Shown here in pieces: positions 26,101 to 37,370 of a stretch of DNA of 64,000 nucleotides; the stretch's first letter is position 1, and each line of letters begins with the position of its first letter. The notes below the pieces were generated by a model. It searched no databases and had not been told where the DNA came from. It saw nothing but the letters and a program-made list of their open reading frames with translations. Source of the DNA: Lingula anatina (Eukaryota; Animalia; Brachiopoda); assembly GCA_051362555.1 (NCBI GenBank), contig CM120645.1:19344001-19408000 (forward strand), written 5' to 3'. A program made the position numbers and the translations under genes.

Positions 26101-29100
26101 AGTAACTATGGACCTATCTCTGCCAGTTTTGGAGATATAAGGGACCAGATGTTATAATTTTGGAGTTACCATAATGTGCCTTAAATTTCGTACAGAAAAA
26201 ATTAATTAAAATAAAGAAAATGTCATTTTGGTCAAAATTCTTGAAATAGGAGGTGCTCTGAAGTTTCAGAAGTTCAAATTTGATGAAATAATGTCATTTT
26301 TGAACACAAGTTGTCTGCTTTGCCAAGCCTTATGTTTTATTTTTCCAGAGTTCAAAATTTATTATCCATTACCGTACTGCACATTTTGCTTTTACAACCA
26401 ATATGTACTTTTTGATATAGCGTAACTCGAAAACCGTATGGAATACAAAAAAACCGAGACCACCTCCAGTGTTGGGCTTTACATGCTCTACAAAATGCAA
26501 AAAAGAATGGGTCTCTAGCATTAACGGTTCCCAAACTAGAGACGGTTTTCAGTTTCGGTATCTTATGGCCGCTACTCCCGTGAAAATGCACCGATTGACC
26601 CCAAATTCATGGAGATGAAAGTTGACCTGAAGGGTAACACTTTCCAATAATATTATTGGTTAAGTCTGTGTGGTGTCTGAATAACAGGGCAAAAAAAATT
26701 TTTTTCGTAAAAAATTTCATTTTTTTGAAAATTTTGGCCCATTTGACCTTGAAGTAGAGGTCAAAGGTCAAATCCAAGGGTATATTTGAAATCTACACAT
26801 ATGACTTTTGGAAAGCCGTCTATAGAAATTTTTCCCATAACTCCTTCCGTAGGGTAGATAAATAGCATTTAATTTTGCCATTTTTAGACAAGGGTGCATT
26901 GCAATGAGTGCCACACCCAGACCCCAATACCGACAAAGCCCAAATTTTACGTGGAACGAGTTGAGATTATAGGTGACCTAAATCCATGAGATGGGTACGG
27001 GGGCCCTTACCGTCTAGGAGGAGAAGCGGTAACGGTAGCCGTCCGGCGGAGCCAACGGAGCCGGCGGAGCCAACGGAGCCGGCGGAACGATCCGGACGGG
27101 ACCGAAACCATGTGTACCGCCAGCGCTAACGCTGGTGGTACAATAACCAATTCACTTTCATTTTTAAATGTTCAATTAAAACTTAAGATAGGAAAGGTAG
27201 GAAAAATGTCAATAAAACATTTTAAATGCCCTCTTGCTTCATTTTGAGATTCTGAACATAGGGATTGAAACTAACAAACTGTACTGAGTTTTTCATTTTT
27301 GACACTTTATTATACCCCATTCACAGTACAGCGATTTATCTGATTAGGTCCCAATAAATACGAATAATTGCAGGAGGCTGAACTCATGAGAATTTTTGTG
27401 AATGGGTTTCTCAAAATCCTGCAAGTGTGCTGGATTTTGCTTGATTTGGATAACATACTGGAACCCACACCTGATCAGATCTTACTGCGCATGTGCCTAG
27501 GAAAGTTTACGTATCTATGGACACTTGTTTTTAACTTAAGCTATTGCATTAAACATATTTGGAGGTCACTACTCACTACAACATAGGAAAACTCAAACAT
27601 ATTTTGCCATCTGATATGTTCCAAGAAGGCAAAAGCTGAGCATGAATAGAGCTGTAATTAAGGATGGTGGGTGGGTGGGGGCTGGGGGGGGGGGGAGGTT
27701 GGCTTCACATTCACAGACACCCCCCCCCCTTCAAATAATCCACATCTTATTTCAAAAATGTTTATCACTGAGCATTAGTTTTTGGAAATGTGCAAATACT
27801 TTATCATATGGAAAAACAACACCACCTTCAGTGTTGCACTTGACAAGCTCTACAAATTTCAACAAACAAGAGGTATATATATCTTTTAGAATTAAAGAGA
27901 GTTTTTAGTTCAGCAACTAATGGCTGCTTCTCCCATGAAAATGCACTGACTCAGGATGTTAAAAGAAGATCCCAAGTGTAACTTCTAACCATTATATCAA
28001 ATTAAATTAGTACAAACAAATATTCAACTGCAGATAAGTTAAATTTTGCAAAATTTTGGACCAATTGACCTTGAAGTATAGGTCAAAAGTCAAATCTAAG
28101 CTCATACTCAAAATCTCCACATCAATTTTAGGCTTACCTCCACAGTAATTTTCCTATAATTCCTTCAGTTTGGAGATATTTAACAAAATATGCTGAAAAA
28201 AAAGAGAGAAAAAAACAACAGGCTAGCATAACTTTTGAAGAATTGGTATGGTCAAGCTGACTTTGGAATTCAACCTCTATTTCAGTAATATTGACCACTT
28301 CTGTAAGTTTGAAGACAATAGGCCTATCACTTTTCCTTTAAATGTGTTGTCTGTATTGAACATGGTAAAATATATGCTGTAAAAAAAATAAAAAACAACA
28401 TAACTTTTTATAAAATGGCCGGAGCATTTTTATCTATTAACCTGACCAGAACATTACGTATATTCATCAGTTCCGTAAGTTTTAAGAAAATCATTCAAAT
28501 GATTTTTCACTTACTATAGTGTTTTTTCTGAAAGAGCACAATGATGATGGCCACAACAAATGCAGATGAAGGCTATATTTATTGTGCCATATCTATGTGT
28601 GCTATGTGTCTGTAAAAAGGCATTAGAATAGGAACCACTCAGAATATATTATAATCCCAGTATGGGCTTAAGAAATCATCTAATTCCCCACCAACCTGTC
28701 TTTGAGTTCTTTGCTTGAATATCTAGACTGGATATTAAACATGACAAATCCGAGTTAAACGAGGATGGAGTCTAATTACTAGTAACTTCAGTGACCATTT
28801 AATTCATCAAGACAGGTGAAAGGTAGAGGGAGGGGGTCATTTGATGTTACTCTAAGTAACTAAGATAATAAATTTTTTTATTTAAATAGGATTCCAATAA
28901 GCAGTATACTTTACAGAAAAAACCCTCTAAATTACTCCCCTGAGAAGGACTGAAGTGTTAAAAACTGTCATTTAACCAAAGTAAAAATAGCTGTGCATAT
29001 TGCTCCCATAAGACGTTTGCATAAATTCACAGAACAATATTTTATTTAGTAATACCCTGTATATGTGGTATATAAGATGAAATTACGTAAGCCATGCACA

Positions 29101-29189
29101 AATAGTAACTACATATTCCTTTTTGTACGCCTACAGCCTTGCACTACTTAATTTTTTTATAATAAATATGTGAACTGTTTACACATAAT

Positions 29190-29228
<39 letters not shown>

Positions 29229-31048
29229 ATTTTTACAATGGAACTCCATGCATGAACCTACTCAATAAGAGTTAATTTCCTCTTTTCATGAATGTTTACC
29301 CTAATAATTTCATAATTATAGCCCAAACTTGTCCCCGGGCATGCAGAGGGCTTCCAGGCAGAGATGGGAGGGATGGAAAACCTGGAAGAGACGGAAAACC
29401 TGGAAGAGATGGGAGAGATGCTTCGAATCAAAATGGAAGCAAGGGAAGCCAGGTCATGCAGACAGATTATTTTCCTAGATTTTAATTCAACTTAAATATC
29501 TATTTATAACTTATATTTAGGATGGCCTAGATGTACGGAGCTTTGTTAGTATCATATTAACTTTTTTCTATTTTCATTTAAGTTTTATTTTATGGAATTT
29601 TCACCGCGGTGAAAATAATTTCTACCGCGGTGAAAATAATTTTCACCATGGTGAAAATAATTTACACCGCGGTGGGAATTAATTTTCACCACGGTGAAAA
29701 TAATTTACACCGCGGTGGGAATTAATTTTCACCACGGTGGAAAATAATTTTCACCGCGGTGGTAATTCCTGGCCATCTCGGCCCGGGTGATGAATAGGTA
29801 ATGAGAACCTTACATTTGCCAGATTCCGTCACGGTGCATGCTATTGTTACATACACACAAGGTTGGTAGATCTGTTCGTGGGGCCACTGCCGTTAACTTA
29901 AGTTTCCCATCTATATTTACCATCTATGAAATTAAAGTCCCGCTTGCAGTTTTATGCAAAGGGAATCCCATTGTTATTACTAAATATTTTGTGATGTGTT
30001 TCTTAGATCTCATCTTAATAGATGTAATCTCGGTTTCTTCGGAAAAGTTTTTTTCTACCAATATTCCCAATAATGCACAAGTTATTATAAAGGGAAAAGC
30101 CACATACAACATTGCAGCATTTCAGTGATTTTTAATCTATTCGAATACTGCCCACTTCCTCCAGATTCCTGGGATGATTGGCACATAGACCGGTTAAACC
30201 GCGTGCATGTGCATATGCTTGTCTTTATCAACGTCCTTTCCAGACATCTGGTAAATGTTGGATTCGTATAACCTACATGTATGCATTACCCGGGCCGAGA
30301 TGGCCAGGAATTACCACCGCGGTGAAAATTATTTTCCACCGTGGTGAAAATTGATTCCCACCGCGGTGTAAATTATTTTTCACCACGGTGAAAATAATTT
30401 TCACCGCGGTGAAAATTCCATGACATAAAACTTTAATGAAAATAAAAAAAGTTAATATGATACTAACAAAGCTCCGTATAGATGCCTTCAAAATATGACT
30501 GATAAAAATCAAAGAATCTTGATGACATGACTAATTCCTAAATCTGGCCCTTCAAGTAAGAGTGAAAAGTCATGCCTCACATATAGTTTCCTTACAAAAA
30601 TCACCTTTTTTATCTTCCCCAGGGTCCCCCTGGTCCTGCTGGTCCCCCTGGTCCTGCCGTGACAGATGACAGAATCAAACAACTTATTATAAATCTAGGT
30701 AAATCATCTTTGCTTGATTGAGAGACAAATGTTTCAGTGCTGCTTCTATCCTTCCTGAAAGGCACTTGATAACATGACTGAGTCAGCAATGTCCAAGCTC
30801 TAGAAGTATGTCAATTAACAAGGCAGTCATGTAATTGATGCCCTTTGATGAAGGGGCAAAATTTCAGGTGACAAACACATTTAATGTCCTTGGGAAAAAT
30901 CTCTTTTTTTTACCAACTCGACCATTGTTTTTGTTTACAGATTTGCAACATAAAGCAGCTGGCCATGGATCTGTGTACACAAGATGGGGGAGAACTAACT
31001 GCAGTTCCTCTTCTCAACTCCTATATGAAGGTATTACATGCAGCATTG

Positions 31049-31086
<38 letters not shown>

Positions 31087-33294
31087 ATGCGTGCGTGCAT
31101 GAGTGCATGTGTCTTGAAGGATATTCACAGCTCATGTCATTATGTTATTGATTCGGTTCTCCTTTAAACATTTACAGATCGGTTTATGAGTTACTAAGGG
31201 TGAATATTTGGTTAGTTGTGTTCAAAACAAATCTGAACTCTGTTTGGTCTTATAAGCTTCTGGTTTGTTCTATGAACAATGTGAATCTGTTTGGCAATAT
31301 AGAGATTACCACAACACCAGGTCATTCTAAGACATCTGTACACAGTAGTTTGCTGGGTCAGTACATTCTTGAAATGTATAGTGGCCACAGTGTTCAGTGC
31401 CAAAGTGAACAGTTGAGTTTTCAGTCCCCCTACATATTTTGATCCACTGTTCAACATTTCATTTTTGAAAGAGTCTTCAACATGCAGCAACTTATGCATG
31501 TTCTTTTTACAGGGTATGCAGCTAGTGCGTATTATTCACATTCAGGAGAAGGAAGCAACTACCTGTGCCTACCTAAAGTCCCACAGTGGGGCCATTATCA
31601 AAATGACCTCCAAAGTGGATCGTATATCTATGGCACTGAATACGAAATGGGGAGTTACAGTAATGACCCATTCCTAAAGACCAATGCAGGAGGCGAGAAC
31701 TTCAAGGACCATGATGCCCCGTGTGCTGTTTGCTACACCAAAGACCGCACCAGTCATGTCATGATTCCAGCCTGGAAGACGTGTCCTGCCAAGTGGACAT
31801 TGGAATATCACGGTTACCTAGTTTCTAGCCATTCTAACCATGGAAAAAGTGAATATATCTGCCTTGATGAGGCTCCTGAAGTGGTTGCAGGAGGTGAGGG
31901 CAATAAAAATGGCGCTCTTTTCTATACAGTTGAAGTTGATTGTGGTTATGCCCTCCCTTGTCCTGAGTACAAAGAAGGGAAAGAAGTCACCTGTGTTGTG
32001 TGCTCTAAGTAAATCAAATATGAAATGATAAAACTATCGAGCAAGTTGCTAACAGCTGTGAAGAACTATCTCATTATTTATTCAGATCAAAGATTCATAC
32101 AATGCTGAACTTCAAAATAATATTCAGAATTTCCTTTCTTTGTCTTATAATCTGATGATAAGTATTTAGATTCAACAAGAATGCCAGATTCCTTAGGCAC
32201 CATGTTACTGCAAGGTCTTTTTTTGCTATTTATGACTGTAAAAGATGCAAGGAATTTGTGACTTTGCCCAATCATGGAGTCAAGTGGCCATCTTTATGGA
32301 GTCAAGTTGCCATCTTAATGTGACTCTACTCTGCACACAGTGTCACGGACAACTTGAAGTAAAAAGTCAAACGGTACATGGAGCCCTCATTGCTCCAAAC
32401 CAAAGCTCTATACCTGCTGAAAGTGTCTCCTACATGCAGTAACTTATAATAAACTGTTAGATTTAATAGGGAAGGGGGTTGAGGATTGATTGGCAGGTTT
32501 AATTTGTTATAACTGCTACATACCACCTTTTTAACGTTTATACCCCATTCTCTCCTTGAATTACAAAGAAAGCATAAATAAACTTCTTTGCATGCTAGAT
32601 ATTGGTATCTCTGATATCTTAAGTTCATACGCAGCAGTTGGAAATAGGACTCTACACAACATGGTGTCTGGGATATGAAGAATTGTAAGCAGATATGTAG
32701 AATAGAATTATCTGTTATTAAACGGAAGGTTATCTGTTCCTAGACACACCAACTTATAAAATTTTAGAAAGTCACAGTGACTCCCTCTAGATCTATCTGA
32801 TATCACTTTGGCTTAAGAAAATAAACAAAAAAACAGTTCTTTCTATTTTCAATTTTTAATGGAAATCACTGGTATTGATTAATTTGCCTTGCACTTTTGA
32901 GGTATTTTGGCTTAAAAAACATATTTACTGGTGCCAGTGAAAATTTCAGATTAACGTAAGAATTAATATCCAGACTTGAAAAGAATACCAAAATACATAG
33001 GAACAATATTCAGTAATGCATATGATAGCTGAAATGACACAGAGTAACTGATTAACAAATGAAATAAAAGTACAAAATTAGAAAATTAGAGTCCTAAAAT
33101 ACACTGTTAATGTATTTTTTGTTTTGCTTGGTATCTGCTCATTTCAATCATTGTATACAACATATCAGCAAATCCTATAAAAATTCTTTGTTCACTACCT
33201 TTTGTGTCATTTGTTATTGTTGATAAAAAAAGTATTACTTATTAAAGACATAAGAGGCCAAATTCCTTTGGCCACTTACTTTCACTGTTAGTAC

Positions 33295-33332
<38 letters not shown>

Positions 33333-35283
33333 ATACGTCTCTATTTAAATGTTTATCTAAAAACGAGTAACAGTTGATTTATCTATAAATATGCTATTGC
33401 TTTTTTTTTCATTTTCGAATGAAACAAAAACATGTAAGCTGCTCCCCTGTCTAACACACTCAGAGAGAGAGAGACAGAGAGAGAGGGAGGGGGGACATCT
33501 CTAATTCTATACCTCACAGAGCTCAGCCTCAATCCTCTTATTCTGGAAAATTTTAATTTTGTAAGCTATGTACTGCACTAAGTAAGAACCAAACACATGA
33601 CAAGGAAATATAACCCAATCTTCTGATTCATCTTCAGCTCAGAACTTAACAAAATAATTCCAGGAATCGAAAAATAAGAATTGTCTTCTTAATGAATCGC
33701 AATTCTTGGCAATCATTCCAATCCAATTTCGGATTAAAATAACAAGATAGCATATTATTTCAACAGAAATGATATGCAATATATCAATCCTCTCTAGGGG
33801 CCTAAAAATAACATTACATAGCCCAGGAGGTTTGTTAGCTGTAAACTTCGAAGTATGATAATATAGCAGGGTCAAATCCAGAGATATTTTTGACAGTTTT
33901 CCAAATTAACTCTGTTGATTCGTCCTCCATTTTTGACCGTCTTCTGACAGAAAAAAATTAGCTGCCTGTCAATGCGAACTTGAAAATTCTGACTGTCTTC
34001 CGAAAGACCCAGAAGAAGGCCTCCATCCACCTCTGTATAGTACTATAGTACAGTCACCAAGGGCCAAAACATAAGATAAACATGATTGTATTCCTTACAG
34101 TACCAAATCATTCTTATTCATTCATTTATACTCACTGCTGAACATTTTAGATGTATATTAGTTATGCTCACTTCGGGCCTTCACAGCCCTGAATCTGAAC
34201 TAGAAAATCACACAAAGCATGGCAAATGGGTGTAGTCACTTGAGAAAACTGCTATAAGTTTCCAGTATGATGAACTTCAAATTATTACAGTGCTTATATT
34301 TAGGAGACCTAAACTGGAACCCCATGAACAATGTGATGTGCAAATAAACAAAATACTTGGACTCTTGATCTAAGCATGTTGCTGAGGCTGCTGCTGTTCC
34401 ACCCAAAGGGTGAAAGATAAAATAATAATGATGATGATGATTATGATACAGTTTTAGTTTTACTACTTCTGTCAATCTGGTACATCTTTGCTATAATCGT
34501 TACGCCTCCTGACAAGTTGTGTGTCAGAAAAAATCAATGCTCAGGTCGATTTATTTTCCAAAGATGACAAACAAAGGGGATAAAAAGCAATTACTGAGTC
34601 AAAATTTCTGTTTTTTTTTTTTTTTTGTTTTAGTCATGTATGTATATGCCTTCAAAACTTGTCTGAATTATATCTTGAAAACAAAAAATGTCCACGTTGT
34701 GCAATGAAGTCCAGAAATTGCAATAAATCTGTGTGGACAAAAGTACAAAAATGCACGTCCTCTATTTAAATCACAGAAAAAAATTCATTTCATGATCATG
34801 ATGCTTTCATGGAATAAATAAATTAAAACAAGGCAGCAAAGCTGGCAAATGTACAGACAAAGAACAGAAAATAAAGATGCAAATAAGTGAAAAATTAAAT
34901 TTTCACAAAAAACTGTTAAATTGCCAGAAAAATTTACCAAACAGACTGCGTTGCCTATTGAAGCTGTATGTTAGACCCATGTTTCTTTCCTGTAAGTTTG
35001 AGAACAGTAAGTGACATGATTTCCCTTAAATGGTCATCATGGGAGCAGTGCCCAAAATAGGGGTTTCTTCAAATTTTGATGCAACATTACATAATGTTTA
35101 ACAGCATAATGACAATCAAATGTTATTAATAAAATATTAGTAACATGGACATTCAGAAAATGTGACAAGCAAAAGTCTTCAAGATCATGGAACTTTAAAG
35201 TCACACCTTGAAAATGCCAATATGTGAAAAATAAAATTTTCACAAAAAACTGTTTAACTGCCAAAAAAAAAAAAAATAAATAC

Positions 35284-35314
<31 letters not shown>

Positions 35315-37311
35315 TACCAAACAGACTGCATTGCCTACTGAAGCTGTATTTTAGTCCCATGTTTCTTTCCTGTAAGTTTGAGAACAGTAAGTGACATGAT
35401 TTTCCTTAAATGGTCATCATGGAAGCAGTGCCCAAAATGGGGGTTTCTTCAAATTTTGATGCAATATTACATAATGTTTAACAGCTTAATGACCATCAAT
35501 TTTTAATTATAAAATATTTGTTTCACAGATATTCAGAAAATGTGACTAGCAAAGGTCTTCAGGCCCATGGAACTTCAAAGTCACTCCTTGAAAATGCCAA
35601 AATGTAAACAAGACAGCACTGTTCTGAAATGGGTTTATTTCCATTTTTAACACTTTTTTAACATAAAACGAAATAAACATTTTACTGCCATTTTATATGA
35701 CCAACTAAGAAAATTGATGAGATGGGAAAAGTATCAATAGAACAGTGTTAAATGTCCAATTTCCTCCATTCTGAGATTCTGAACATAGTGGATGATTGAA
35801 TCTGACAAACTGCAATGATATGAGTTTATTTCCATTTTTGACACTTTATCACACAATACATGATAACAAGTTCACCATGTTTTTTTACATAATCAACTAA
35901 CAATGTTGTAAAGATGCAGGAAATATCAAACAAACACTTTTAGGCATCTTATTAGTTAAATAATGAGACTGTTAACATGCCTAATAATTGAATCTGAGGA
36001 AATGTGAAAAACAGTATAACTTCTAAAATAATGGCCCGATTATGCTGATTTTCGAACTCAACCTGCGTTTTAGTAAGATTGACCACTCCTGTGAGTATAA
36101 TTACAATTGGCCAATCCGTTTTTCTTATATTGTGTTATCAGTGTTGTATTTATAATGAAAATAGTGAAAAAACAGCATAAATTCCCTAAAAATGGCCCAA
36201 TCATGCTGATTTTCGAACTTGACCTGCGTATTATGAATATTCATCAGTTCTGTAAGTTTCAAGTCAAAAAGTAAAATGGTTTTCCACTTATCGTGTTATC
36301 GGTGCTGCATATATGCTGAAAAAAGTGAAAAGACAGCATAAATTCCCTAAAAGTGACCCGATCATGCTGATTTTCGAAATTTGACCTGCGTATTATGAAT
36401 ATTCATCAGTTCTGTAAGTTTCAAGGCAAAAGGTAAAATGGTTTTCCACTTATCGTGTTATCGGTGCTGCATATATGCTGAAAAAAGTGAAAAAACAGCA
36501 TAAATTCCCTAAAAGTGACCCGATCATGCTGATTTTCGAACTTGACCTGCGTATTATGAATATTCATCAGTTCTGCAAGTTTCAAGTCAAAAGGTAAAAT
36601 GTTTTTCCACTTATCGTGTTATCGGTAAAAGTGCACGGCGACAACGGCGACGACGGCACCGACGGCGCCGACAGACGCAGATGATGGCTATATGTACAGA
36701 CACATCTGTGTCTGTACATAAAAAGTAAACTAAAGATGAGAGGGTGTAAGTAAAAGAGATGCAACATATGATCAAGCCATCTAAAGATAACACAACAGAA
36801 AATTACAAATGATATCTAATTACAGAGAATCGAAAATTCAAACTGTCAGCATATAATGAGATTTATTTTCTCCATTCTTACAGTCGTCTAGTACAAAGAA
36901 AGTGGCAACACTGCTCCGGACCATTATAATAATCTCTTTTGGTGAAAAAAGATGTCCCATAAAGGAAGCATTGTAATCATTCTTATATTAGTATTGGCAT
37001 GGACACAGGTCAAAACAAAAAGTGTAAAAGACTATGATTTGGCCAAACTGGTGGACCAAATAACCAAGCTGATGGATCGAATGTCACACATGGAAAAAAG
37101 GCAACAGAGACAAGACAAAGAAATACAGAATGTGAGGAACAGGGATGAGAACAGAAAACTGGTAGCACAAAATCAACAGCTTCAGGTAATATTTTAGGCC
37201 TTTTCACATCAAGGGGTATGCTTAATAATTATATCAGCTACACAGTCGATACGGACACACTTTTAGAGAATGACAACTAAATAGCCTGGTAATTAATTAC
37301 AAGGATGACTC

Positions 37312-37370
<59 letters not shown>

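Larger units (their letters stand above)
23457..28618 (+). mobile_element. Old degenerate Helentron/HINE-like element (family A) in intron 2 of the nested gene, interrupted by a family B insertion; paralogous copies at ~38150-40495 and ~49290-51066
   Basis: 5' end aacagggcaccaaagctgtcaaatgtacagaca matches the young family-A 5' end aacaaggcagcaaagctggcaaatgtacagaca. 3' end gcagatgaaggctatat..tgtgtctgtaaaaa matches its 3' end. Shared internal blocks include gaaaatgtgactagcaaa and tattcatcagttc. Confidence 0.6.
22173..34598 (+). repeat. Tandem segmental duplication unit 1 (~12.4 kb)
   Basis: Begins gtcaaaatttctg and ends aattactgag; colinear and near-identical with units 2 and 3 apart from TE indels. 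Confidence 0.92.

Noticed and set aside
23990-26145. Regular repeat array as CRISPR, and the three 101-aa ORFs (24418, 24856, 25731) as genes
   Set aside because: Units are contiguous near-identical 146-mers with no unique spacers and no cas genes, in a eukaryotic context; the ORFs are by-products of the repeat
27368-27586. 72-aa ORF conserved in all three units as an extra exon of the nested gene
   Set aside because: It lies within the old family-A element, gives an immediate stop in the required phase, and the flanking exons already join in phase; conservation merely reflects recent duplication
27664-27730. G-run/C-run stretch as a functional G-quadruplex or hairpin
   Set aside because: Homopolymer lengths vary among the three units and it sits in a decayed TE; no evidence of function
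32087-34707. Short ORFs repeated in the 3' flanks of the units (e.g. 32326-32628, 33639-33875, 34236-34475)
   Set aside because: No domain signal or splice-consistent structure, and several are disrupted between units
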